Origin: a virus
Lineage: Duplodnaviria; Caudoviricetes
Reading direction: 5' to 3' (one strand)
IMG/VR virus record: IMGVR_UViG_3300027782_000116
Coordinates: 1-52,208 of that record
Length of the DNA stretch: 52,208 nucleotides
This document shows positions 1 through 8,915 of this stretch, in pieces. The first letter of the stretch is position 1, and the number at the start of each line of letters is the position of its first letter. The notes under the pieces were generated by a model. That model made no database searches. It saw only the letters and a program-made list of their open reading frames with translations, and was not told the DNA's origin. Position numbers and translations under genes: made by a program.

Positions 1-1289
1 GATTTAAACATTTTATAAAGTATTGCCAGAGGTAAAAACATTTTAGCTGAAAATATAGAAGATAATAATGCCTTAGGTAAATTTTGCATTGATTGAAAAT
101 CTAAATTTGCATTAAATTGTGGAAATGGAATTGAAAATCCACTTTGGTCATACGCATCTTTTGCTAATTTTTGTAACGCATTATTGTAATCACTAGTAAT
201 GTTATTTTTGGTACCTGTAAGAAACGCAAAATCTTCTATAATTCTTTGATTTACTGGTACTTTAAAGTTATTACAATCTTGAAATTGCATAACTTTTTGA
301 TATCTTAATGTTTCCTGATCAATATCAATGCCTTCAACACTATCAAAATCAAATATTAACCCCAGATCAACTTCATTATCACTAAACTGATTAATTGCGT
401 TTTGTTTTAATGAAGATCCGTTATTGTTTTGTGGATTTTGACACAATGAACAAATGCTATTAATGATTCTATTTAATTCATTAGTCTTAACATCCATACT
501 GCTATTGGTACTATTAATACCGCCAACCGGTGCTATAGATGCTAAGCTGTTTTTTAATATATCTGATATCTTAGGGAATTCTATTGATTCGTAATATTTT
601 TTAAGAAACCCATCAACTGTTAACGCATTAGCTTGTAATCCTGAAATTGTATAGTGTTGGTTTGCGCTATCCCAAGTCATTTGAAATAATGCGGTTTCAT
701 CATTTGCGTAAAAAGTATAAGGCGTTGAGGCATTAAATGTTGAATATAAATCTTTGTTTAACTTAACCTTACCACCATCTACTGAATTTTCATAAACAAT
801 TTTACCCAATCCTGTTTGTGGATCGGTTTGTAACATATCTAAAAAATCAAATTCTTTTGGTGATATAGTAAGCGAATCAACTTTCATTGGTGTGGAAGTT
901 CCACAACCCATATCGCTGTCATTAGCAAAAAATAATTTTTGCACACTACCAAGCATTATTGGTTTAATAGAATCAACAGTTTCATTTACAGATTCTCTAG
1001 TATATCTTCTAAGTAAACTTTCTCCGTCTTTTTCTTTAACTGGTAAGATACCTTTTAAGTCTCTGGTAATTTTTTCAAAAATATTATCTACATTAGGGAT
1101 CTTAGATTTAAGATTGTTTGCCTTGTCGCTAAAAGCATCTAAAGTAGTACCAATCTGTTTGTTCATATTGGCTAAGTCGTCATCATATTTATGCAATAAA
1201 TCTTCTACGCCCTTCTTTACTTCGCTGGCTTTTCGTATTGCATTGAATTTCGACTTTACTTCATTCTTTTTATCCTTTAAATCTGCCAT
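1..1289 (-). CDS. Large hypothetical (probably virion) protein, 3'-truncated by window edge; missing from ORF track
   Basis: ATG at 1289-1287 overlaps the TAA of the upstream gene (TAATG); reads MADLKDKKNEVKSKFNAIRKASEVKKG... with no stop to the window edge. Confidence 0.8.
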   Translation of the reverse strand, partial: MADLKDKKNEVKSKFNAIRKASEVKKGVEDLLHKYDDDLANMNKQIGTTLDAFSDKANNLKSKIPNVDNIFEKITRDLKGILPVKEKDGESLLRRYTRESVNETVDSIKPIMLGSVQKLFFANDSDMGCGTSTPMKVDSLTISPKEFDFLDMLQTDPQTGLGKIVYENSVDGGKVKLNKDLYSTFNASTPYTFYANDETALFQMTWDSANQHYTISGLQANALTVDGFLKKYYESIEFPKISDILKNSLASIAPVGGINSTNSSMDVKTNELNRIINSICSLCQNPQNNNGSSLKQNAINQFSDNEVDLGLIFDFDSVEGIDIDQETLRYQKVMQFQDCNNFKVPVNQRIIEDFAFLTGTKNNITSDYNNALQKLAKDAYDQSGFSIPFPQFNANLDFQSMQNLPKALLSSIFSAKMFLPLAILYKMFK

Positions 1290-1666
1290 TATAAGCTATA
1301 TTTTTCACCTTTGTTTTTGTCATCACCACCATCGACTAATTTTTCTAATAATTCTCTATCTTCTTCAGTTAGAGTCATTTTACCAGGGCTAAATTTACCG
1401 CCATCTGAAGATCCTTTTTGAATAAGGGTGTTTTGAATTTTTACTAATGAGATTTTCTTTTCAGTACACTCGTTTAGTATTTTTTGTTGTTCCTTGATAA
1501 CTGGACCAATTACTGACATATCTTCAGATTCCTTCATGAATGAAAGCATCTTTTTCATGATTAAAGTCGCAGTATTTTTCTGTTCTACAATATCATTGTA
1601 GATTTCCTGCATTAATGCTAGTGCGGATTCCGTATCTAGGCTAATATTTTTTCTTGGAGTTCTCAT
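1289..1666 (-). CDS. Hypothetical coiled-coil protein
   Basis: 125 aa ORF, preceded by the TATTTATT motif, translationally coupled to the next gene. Confidence 0.75.
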   Translation of the reverse strand: MRTPRKNISLDTESALALMQEIYNDIVEQKNTATLIMKKMLSFMKESEDMSVIGPVIKEQQKILNECTEKKISLVKIQNTLIQKGSSDGGKFSPGKMTLTEEDRELLEKLVDGGDDKNKGEKYSL

Positions 1667-1680
1667 ACTAATAAATAGAT

Positions 1681-2379
1681 TTAATCTAAAAAACCTCCCA
1701 AAATACCATCATATAACATTTTGTACTTTTTAAGGGCTATTCTTATTTCTTTAGTAGATAATGACGTCATCTCTCTCAAAGATAATAAAATCAAATTCTT
1801 GTTAAATTTGTTTCCATCACCAATTTGAAATATTTTATCAAAATTACTAAATATTTCAAGTAAAGCATATCCAAGTTTTGTTTCGTTATCTGTCAGGTTT
1901 TCAGTCTCTATAAACTCTTCTAATCTAGTAGATAGTGACGTAATCACGTCTCCATAGTCTACATGGTAATCGTCTATAACATAGGAAAGATCCGCTCTAG
2001 ATTCAATATCTTCCGATATATCTTCGTAGGAAACACTTCTGTTGTTTTCTTTATTGTCCTTTTGGATTGCACCCATAAGGTAATTCTTACATATTGTTCC
2101 AAAGTAAGAATACGCTTTATAGTTTTTAGTGTGATCAAATTTATTGATCTTAGTAATAAGGAAAGACATTGTATCAGTGTGTAAATCCTGAAATTCAAAA
2201 TCTTTTCTATATAGTTTATATCTTCGTATGATACTTTCAACCATTATAATTAATGGTTCTCGTAGAAACTCGTTGAATATTTTGTTTCTTTCTGTTTCGT
2301 CAACACTTTCTAGGTACTTGACTACCGCCTTTTCTTGATCCTCACCAAAGTAAACCTTTTGGGTTCTTTTTCTAGGCAT
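1681..2379 (-). CDS. Late-transcription sigma factor, T4 gp55-like
   Basis: Sigma region-2-like segment KINKFDHTKNYKAYSYFGTICKNYL resembles the gp55 FD..K....AY.T..C.N motif. Confidence 0.7.
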   Translation of the reverse strand: MPRKRTQKVYFGEDQEKAVVKYLESVDETERNKIFNEFLREPLIIMVESIIRRYKLYRKDFEFQDLHTDTMSFLITKINKFDHTKNYKAYSYFGTICKNYLMGAIQKDNKENNRSVSYEDISEDIESRADLSYVIDDYHVDYGDVITSLSTRLEEFIETENLTDNETKLGYALLEIFSNFDKIFQIGDGNKFNKNLILLSLREMTSLSTKEIRIALKKYKMLYDGILGGFLD

Positions 2380-3164
2380 TAATTTTCTATCTCATTTATT
2401 TCGCGTTTATTGGTGTAAAAAAATTCTTTCTTTGCTGTATCCAACCAAAATTTAACTTCTTTTTCTGTAAGTTTTTGACCTTCATCGTTTTTATATAACC
2501 AAAAAAGAGAATCATCTCTGAAGTTTACATGTTTATAACCAATTCTTGGTACACCCATAATAATAACACCATTATGGCTTAATCTTAATAAGAATTCATA
2601 TCCAAATGTCAGTTTAATATTATCTTTTAACCCACCATTCTTTTTAACAACATCAGTTTTATATAAACCGCCAGTGATTTGATAGTTTTGATATTCTAAT
2701 AAAACTTCATTGTCTAAATAACCTTGTCTATCTGTGAACCCATATGCCCAAATAGAATCATTTGTAAAACTAGTAAAATTACCTTCTTTATCAATATCTT
2801 TAACTATTGGTAAAAACACATCAGCATCTGGGTGTTGCTTCATATATTGTGTCATATGTTTTAACCATGTTTTTTGATATTCATCATCAATTTCTAAAAT
2901 TGAAAACCAAGGTGTCTCTACTTTTTCTAAAGCCAAGTTTACTTGGTTACAAAAATTAGAGTCTGAATTATGGAACTCATAAACTATTTCTAATTTTTGA
3001 CCTAAATCAACTTCTTCTAAATCTTTTTTTAGTTTTTTAGGTGCAACAATAAGTAAAACAACATCATTGTGGAATTCTTTAACGGATGATACCGCGTTTT
3101 CCAACATTAATTTATAATCGTCGTCTAATTTATGTACCGGTAAAACTATTGTTATATTTTTCAT
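2379..3164 (-). CDS. Glycosyltransferase family 2 (GT-A fold)
   Basis: N-terminal ITIVLPVH, AVSSV, VNLALEKVETPWFSILEIDDE (DxD-type region), YEFLLRL. Confidence 0.85.
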   Translation of the reverse strand: MKNITIVLPVHKLDDDYKLMLENAVSSVKEFHNDVVLLIVAPKKLKKDLEEVDLGQKLEIVYEFHNSDSNFCNQVNLALEKVETPWFSILEIDDEYQKTWLKHMTQYMKQHPDADVFLPIVKDIDKEGNFTSFTNDSIWAYGFTDRQGYLDNEVLLEYQNYQITGGLYKTDVVKKNGGLKDNIKLTFGYEFLLRLSHNGVIIMGVPRIGYKHVNFRDDSLFWLYKNDEGQKLTEKEVKFWLDTAKKEFFYTNKREINEIEN

Positions 3165-3166
3165 TT

Positions 3167-4228
3167 TTATTCTACTGTTTTAAATTTTTCAATTGCTGTT
3201 AATATTGAATCTCTTCTTTTAGAATTAAATGAAGAAAAAATATTAATAACATTATTTTTAGTGATATCTTTTTGATATGGTAAAATTGTGTTTTTCATCG
3301 TTTCCAATACCTCGGCATCGATCTCTGCACCTTCTAACCAAGCTAAACAAAAAGTCCCTAGTAATTCAACCACTTTATTTTCATCATATGTCCACATACC
3401 ATTTTCTGCCAACCAATCTGGTTCTGTTGTTGGTATTTTACCAATAACCGGCACACCGCATTTCATTGATTCTAATGGGAAAGTACCAAAAGTACTATCG
3501 TCATCTAACCACACAGAAACAAAACATTCTTTTAATGATGTTGCAAATTCTGTGTGAGACATTTGAACCATGTCTCTAAATGTAATCCATCTCAATTGTG
3601 GATATTTTAAATAAAACTCTGAAATAATTTTTCTGTGTTTTACTCTATCTCTTGAACTAATAGCAATAATGGGCTTTTGAGCTAAATCTATTTTAGTAAA
3701 ATAATCTTCAATAACCGGAGGGATAATGTATGATAATGCTTCTGGAAAATATTCGGAAATATATTTCTTAGCTTTTTCAGTGGTGGTGATACATTTGTCA
3801 AAACCATAATCACTCCATCTGCTACCAATTGATAATGTTTCAAACATATATTCTAATTGTTGAACTAACATAATTTTAACACATTTAACGTTAGCTAATT
3901 GTGGTAAAACATTAGAGTAGTTTTCTGGAACAACTAAAATATCATCTATTTTCATTTCGATCTTATCATCCTTAATAGAAACCACAGGAATCGTTTTGTA
4001 CTTCTCATCAAGCCACGCATCAACACCACCATACTTGTTGTCTTCAACAAGAATTTTTGAATTCATTCCATTTTCTCTTAAAAAAAGAGCCATGTCATAA
4101 ATGTGTTTAACCGCCGCCCTAGCATTGCCTTTTGTGTCATAGCACAAGAAATAGATTCCATTTTCATTTGAATCAATTCTTAATAAGGCTTGCTCTAATT
4201 TTTCAATGTTTGCTAAATTTTCGCTCAT
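3167..4228 (-). CDS. Glycosyltransferase, GT-B fold (GT4-like)
   Basis: DILVVPE and STFGTFPLESMKCGVPVIG (E/T-x-FG-x-x-x-x-EAMxxGxPV donor-binding motif). Confidence 0.8.
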   Translation of the reverse strand: MSENLANIEKLEQALLRIDSNENGIYFLCYDTKGNARAAVKHIYDMALFLRENGMNSKILVEDNKYGGVDAWLDEKYKTIPVVSIKDDKIEMKIDDILVVPENYSNVLPQLANVKCVKIMLVQQLEYMFETLSIGSRWSDYGFDKCITTTEKAKKYISEYFPEALSYIIPPVIEDYFTKIDLAQKPIIAISSRDRVKHRKIISEFYLKYPQLRWITFRDMVQMSHTEFATSLKECFVSVWLDDDSTFGTFPLESMKCGVPVIGKIPTTEPDWLAENGMWTYDENKVVELLGTFCLAWLEGAEIDAEVLETMKNTILPYQKDITKNNVINIFSSFNSKRRDSILTAIEKFKTVE

Positions 4229-4229
4229 T

Positions 4230-4517
4230 TTATTCGTTTTCTTCTATTATTATATCGTTCTTTATTAGTGTATTAAATGCTAATCTAAATGATGGTGTAC
4301 CAGCTTTATCTTTTCTGAATATGTCTAACTCTTCTTCTTCATAATCATCAATTTCATTTATCACCCTATCTATTAACATTTTTATCATTTCATATTTAAA
4401 AATATTAATTTCAATTATTTCTTGTCCGTCCTCATCTTTTGATGAACTATCTGTTTTACATTTTTCAACAATTGCGTCGATATCAATGTAGTATTCTCCA
4501 TTTAATAAATTACTCAT
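4230..4517 (-). CDS. Hypothetical acidic protein
   Basis: 95 aa ORF tightly packed in the operon. Confidence 0.7.
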   Translation of the reverse strand: MSNLLNGEYYIDIDAIVEKCKTDSSSKDEDGQEIIEINIFKYEMIKMLIDRVINEIDDYEEEELDIFRKDKAGTPSFRLAFNTLIKNDIIIEENE

Positions 4518-5085
4518 TAATTTGTATTTCGTTTAGCTTAGTTATTTTATTTTCAGATTCAATATAGGAATTATATGGTGTTTCAAATAAAACTATTCTT
4601 TTGCCTTCTGGTTTAGTATCTAAAATCTTTTGACTATCTGTGATCCACATATCTACATTTTCCCACTCTTTTTCTAATTCACTACTTAAAATAAATTTAA
4701 CATTATTAACCATCATGCCATTTCTGGAAAGGAAGAAAAATGTGGCTGGTCTTGCCTTACCTAATTCGTCTAAACCAACTAATGTAATAGTATGTTCTTT
4801 GTTATCATAAACTAATTTATTTAGTTCATTATTTACTCCATTGTAACTTACTGGTGAATGACCATAAAGTTCCATCGGGTATTCAATATATTCGAAATAC
4901 TCTTCCTGCTCTTTAGATTGAAAGATAAAATGATCAGACAATGTTTTATTAGTAATTGGTTCAATAACCTTATACTCAAAATTATCTTCAGTTTCTTCAA
5001 CATCAATATAAGCTTGCTCATAGTGATAATGAAATCGATTTACGAAATTACGTAAAACCCCATCGATTGAAATATAGATATTCAT
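4510..5085 (-). CDS. HAD-family 5'(3')-deoxyribonucleotidase-like protein, catalytic Asp apparently lost
   Basis: IYISIDGVLRNF (DxDGVL motif with the first Asp as Ser), DMWITDS (motif IV degenerate), LFETPYN. Confidence 0.7.
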   Translation of the reverse strand: MNIYISIDGVLRNFVNRFHYHYEQAYIDVEETEDNFEYKVIEPITNKTLSDHFIFQSKEQEEYFEYIEYPMELYGHSPVSYNGVNNELNKLVYDNKEHTITLVGLDELGKARPATFFFLSRNGMMVNNVKFILSSELEKEWENVDMWITDSQKILDTKPEGKRIVLFETPYNSYIESENKITKLNEIQINE

Positions 5086-5127
5086 ATTTCAAAAGATAGG
5101 GCTTATTTAATATAAAGTAAAGGTAAT

Positions 5128-5856
5128 TTACTCGTATCTACGCAATATTTGAGATATAATTGGGTTTCTAACAATGTCTTCCATACCAAATTCAAAAACA
5201 CCAATACCTTTCAAGTCGCCAAGTCTTTGTTTTGCGTCATATAGACCTGATTTTGTCTTGTCTTTAAATTTATCTGATTGTTCTAAATCACCAGATAAAA
5301 AGAATTTAGAGTTGAAACCTATACGAGTTAATAATAATTTTATTTGTGCTGGGCTAGCATTTTGCGCTTCTTCAAAAACTAAGATAGTGTTATCTACGTT
5401 CCATCCTCTCATATATGCTAAGGCGGCCACTTCTATATAACCTAAGTCTTTTAAAGCTTCTCTAGATTCCTTACCAATTATCTTGTTTAAAAGATAATAT
5501 GATGGATAAATGTATGGATCTAATTTTTCTTCTAAACCACCTGGTAAAGAACCAAGTTTTTCTTCGGCCTCTACCGCCGGTCTAACAATAATGATTTTCT
5601 CATATTTGTTATCCTCATCATAAAGCAAATCAATTGCTCTTTTCATAGCAATATAGGATTTACCTACACCCGCTGGGCCAAAGCAAAGGGTGATTTGGTT
5701 GTCACCCAACATATTCCAATATTTTTCTTGATTTTCTGTTAAGAATTTTTCTTTTGGTCTTTTGATTATTTGTCTAATCTTTTCCTTATGTGATGTCTTT
5801 TTCTCCTCTATTGCTACTATTGGGTAGTTTCTACCGATCTTAGGTTTTAATGCCAA
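5128..5856 (-). CDS. phoH: PhoH-like ATPase
   Basis: GPAGVGKS Walker A, RPAVEAEEKLGSLPG, YMRG, EEAQN, SGDLEQSD, DIVRNP; TTG start. Confidence 0.95.
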   Translation of the reverse strand: MALKPKIGRNYPIVAIEEKKTSHKEKIRQIIKRPKEKFLTENQEKYWNMLGDNQITLCFGPAGVGKSYIAMKRAIDLLYDEDNKYEKIIIVRPAVEAEEKLGSLPGGLEEKLDPYIYPSYYLLNKIIGKESREALKDLGYIEVAALAYMRGWNVDNTILVFEEAQNASPAQIKLLLTRIGFNSKFFLSGDLEQSDKFKDKTKSGLYDAKQRLGDLKGIGVFEFGMEDIVRNPIISQILRRYE

Positions 5857-5896
5857 AATGTGTCGTTTTAATTAATCTATTTATTGTTTATAAATA

Positions 5897-6514
5897 TCAC
5901 TGAATCCCACTTGAGCCAAACCCATCACTACCTCTTGAGGTCTCATTTAGTGTATCTGTATTAATAAGATTTACCTTATTTTCCCCGAATACAGGCATAA
6001 CTACACCTTGAGCTATTCTATCTCCGTGGTTGATTGTGAATGGGTCTTTGCTTAGATTAATTAATATAATCTTAACCTCTCCTCTATAATGACTATCCAC
6101 CGTTCCTGGTGTATTAACAACACTTATACCGTTTTTAGCCGCTAACCCACTTCTTGGTCTAACTTGCAATTCGGTACCCTTTTGTAGTTCAAAAAATAAA
6201 CCAGTTGGTACTATTGTTCTCTCTAACATGCCAATTGTAATTGGTTCATCTATGTTAGCTCTTAAATCAAAACCACTATCTCCCTCATTTGCGTATGTTG
6301 GGTCGGGGTTATTTGACTTATTAATAAATTTAACTTTGATTTTTGAAAACTCTAATTTTTGTGCGTTTAGAATTTCATCATTAAGGTGATCTAATGTGCT
6401 GTTAATTTGTGATGCAAAATCTTCGTTTATTTCATCACTTTCGTCTTCATTAAGTAACTTCTCGTATTCCTTTAATTTACTTAAAATATCTTCTAAATTA
6501 TTCAGGTTCTCCAT
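5897..6514 (-). CDS. dut: Trimeric dUTPase with ~55-aa acidic N-terminal extension
   Basis: All five motifs: GFDL, RSG, GTVDSHYRGE, RIAQ, RGSDGFGSSG. Confidence 0.95.
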   Translation of the reverse strand: MENLNNLEDILSKLKEYEKLLNEDESDEINEDFASQINSTLDHLNDEILNAQKLEFSKIKVKFINKSNNPDPTYANEGDSGFDLRANIDEPITIGMLERTIVPTGLFFELQKGTELQVRPRSGLAAKNGISVVNTPGTVDSHYRGEVKIILINLSKDPFTINHGDRIAQGVVMPVFGENKVNLINTDTLNETSRGSDGFGSSGIQ

Positions 6515-6731
6515 TTTTTTGTGTTTGTTTTTCTGATAACCACTTATCTAGATTTTTTATTCTTTCTTTTAAATCTTTGTCTTGTGGTCTTATACAACAT
6601 TCAACAAATATATCTGTCATTCGTTGTAATTCTTCTACTGTTAATTTAACACCAACTGAATTAGTGTATTCTAATACCATTTTACTTTGGGACTGTCTAA
6701 CAATCTGTATGTCTCTACCGTAAAATTCCAT
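6498..6731 (-). CDS. Hypothetical protein
   Basis: 77 aa ORF overlapping the dut start. Confidence 0.65.
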   Translation of the reverse strand: MEFYGRDIQIVRQSQSKMVLEYTNSVGVKLTVEELQRMTDIFVECCIRPQDKDLKERIKNLDKWLSEKQTQKNGEPE

Positions 6732-6750
6732 TCAGTTGGTGTCTATTAAA

Positions 6751-6987
6751 CTACTTTGACTTATAATACTCTGGAGTATTTTTAGAGTCAATTATGCATT
6801 CAATCGCCATTTTTGCGACTGAAATACTTTCACTAGAACGGACGTCTCCCGCTCTATACTTAGATGCAACTAATGTAGCTTCCTCAACTGATTCGGCTTC
6901 AATAACGTACTTAAATTTTTTAACGCGAGGATTTCCTTCTCTGTCCATTTGTTCGGTTTCATAACCGATCGTAACTAAATAATGCAT
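6751..6987 (-). CDS. DUF4494-like protein
   Basis: Pattern I.YE....G..RVKK.KYVIEAESVEEA resembles Bacteroidota DUF4494 (recalled, not searched). Confidence 0.55.
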   Translation of the reverse strand: MHYLVTIGYETEQMDREGNPRVKKFKYVIEAESVEEATLVASKYRAGDVRSSESISVAKMAIECIIDSKNTPEYYKSK

Positions 6988-7000
6988 AGTTGTTTTTTTT

Positions 7001-8230
7001 TTAATTGTTTATAATTGATTTTAAAAATTGTACTCTATCTCTACATACATTTTTTAATGAATATGTAACTTTAACTGTTTCATATAAACGATTACCCAAA
7101 TCTTCAATCATGTTAGGATTTTCAATTAAACGTTTCATATGTTTTGCCCAGTCTTTGTGGTTTTTTTGCGTAGAAACTAATAACGCATTTCCTTTGTCAT
7201 TAAATGCCCCATTATCTACTGCAGATATCAAATCTAATGTATAAGGATTTACGTTACTAGCAATAATTGCTTTTTTATGGAATCCAGCTTCAATGACTTT
7301 TAATTGTGATTTATAACCATTGAACATTGATTCCACTAACGGAGCCAAAGATACATCAAAATAATTATAATTGTTAGCATATTTGTTGATTTCTTGCGTC
7401 CATCTTCTTACATAAGGTAGTTCAAGATCACCTGGGTATGGTACCTGTGAAAATGTTAACAAATGCTTTTTATATTCCGGATCAACAGATTTGTAGTTAT
7501 CAGTAAAGATTGCTTCATATTTACTCCAAACAGTTTCATGTGGCAAAATATCTCGTTTTCTAACTTCACCATTTTCTTTATTAAGTTCAGTAACTGTGCC
7601 TCTTAAATCAAAGCCACATAAAACAAATTGAGTTTTATCATTATATGAGTTCTGTATATTTCCAATACCCGATCTTAATAGGTCAATATCATGGAAGTGA
7701 GATGAGCCACCTAACCAACCAAATCTAATTCTATCTGATTTTAATGGCGCGACATTGAATTGTTGTTCAGTTTCATCTACCGCGTTAGGGAAAACGTGGA
7801 CGCTTTTATTTTTAATTCTTTCCTTTATTATATTCGCAAATATTGGTGTGGTGCAATGAATATGATCTACTTCTTTAAGTAATTCGACCTTTTTTTCTCC
7901 AATTTTAAGATTTTTAATTTGCTCATACATAGGATGCCTTTGATCAACCATCCAAAAGTCATCAATATCCATAATAACCTTAATGCCTTGATTCTTAAGC
8001 CATTTGATTCTTTTTAAATTATCTTCATGACTTGTTTTGTGAATAAAACTGTGGAATATAACTACATCATAATTTTTAAAAAAATCATCGTTATCTTCAA
8101 CATCAAAAAGGATGTCAGTATGAATTTCATCAGAATAATTATTTCCAATGAATTTATAGGGATCAATCACCCTGAATTTACCTACGCCGTGATTATCGGA
8201 CGGAATTGCTAATACTCTTATTTTAGACAT
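7001..8230 (-). CDS. Glycosyltransferase, GT-B fold
   Basis: GVGKFRVIDP, IMDIDDFW, FPNAVD, RFGWLGGSSH..D, DVSLAPL...FN.YKSQLKVIEAG...AIIASNV.PY. Confidence 0.85.
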   Translation of the reverse strand: MSKIRVLAIPSDNHGVGKFRVIDPYKFIGNNYSDEIHTDILFDVEDNDDFFKNYDVVIFHSFIHKTSHEDNLKRIKWLKNQGIKVIMDIDDFWMVDQRHPMYEQIKNLKIGEKKVELLKEVDHIHCTTPIFANIIKERIKNKSVHVFPNAVDETEQQFNVAPLKSDRIRFGWLGGSSHFHDIDLLRSGIGNIQNSYNDKTQFVLCGFDLRGTVTELNKENGEVRKRDILPHETVWSKYEAIFTDNYKSVDPEYKKHLLTFSQVPYPGDLELPYVRRWTQEINKYANNYNYFDVSLAPLVESMFNGYKSQLKVIEAGFHKKAIIASNVNPYTLDLISAVDNGAFNDKGNALLVSTQKNHKDWAKHMKRLIENPNMIEDLGNRLYETVKVTYSLKNVCRDRVQFLKSIINN

Positions 8231-8279
8231 TATAATTTGTTATAAATCTAATATAAGAAAAAAAAACTAAAAAGGGAAC

Positions 8280-8876
8280 CTATTTTGATTTGTTTACACC
8301 TGTAATTTTACCTCTAAAGATAGAATCACCAACCTTTAAAACAAGGTTTTCATTGATTGTAGATGTTGTTTGCGCTGTTAATATTTGATTAAGTTTTTCG
8401 TCCATAACTTTACGAACGGTATTTTCAATAAGAACAGCAATTGCGTTCATATCAATATTTGATGATTGACTATAGCTTTGTTGTGATTGTTGTTTTTTCT
8501 GTGGTTGTTGTTTACCAACACCCTCTTGCTCCATTAACCTTTTTGCGCCTTTTACAAAATCCATATCAATTGTTTCACTAAGAGATATTTGTGGTATTGG
8601 TGTTTCTCTCATTGCTTTTTTAATGTTATCAGGTAATTTTGATTGGTTTATGCGATCTGTTGTGGGCACACCTTTTGGCATTACCTTAGCAGCATCAAAC
8701 GGAGTTTCTTCATATTCGTTTATTTGAGGATACTCTTCTTCGTCATTACCACGCATAAGCGCCGCTTCATCGATATTACCTCTTTCGTAATTTCCGCTGT
8801 CAACCTTATTCATTACTTTTTTTGCATTAACTAATTTTTGCATTAAGTCGTTTGATGTAATTGCTCCGTTTCCCAT
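8280..8876 (-). CDS. Hypothetical late protein
   Basis: 198 aa ORF with TATTTATA motif directly upstream (8882-8889). Confidence 0.75.
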   Translation of the reverse strand: MGNGAITSNDLMQKLVNAKKVMNKVDSGNYERGNIDEAALMRGNDEEEYPQINEYEETPFDAAKVMPKGVPTTDRINQSKLPDNIKKAMRETPIPQISLSETIDMDFVKGAKRLMEQEGVGKQQPQKKQQSQQSYSQSSNIDMNAIAVLIENTVRKVMDEKLNQILTAQTTSTINENLVLKVGDSIFRGKITGVNKSK

Positions 8877-8915
8877 AATAATATAAATATATTTTAATTA
8901 ATTGATAAAATAAAG

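Noticed and set aside
891-905. Palindrome TGTGGAAGTTCCACA
   Set aside because: Inside a coding region, arms in the opposite order to parS, single occurrence; probably chance
892-1392. 166-aa plus-strand ORF in the track
   Set aside because: Antisense shadow of the real minus-strand genes (1-1289 and 1289-1666); Leu/Ser/Phe-rich composition typical of shadow frames
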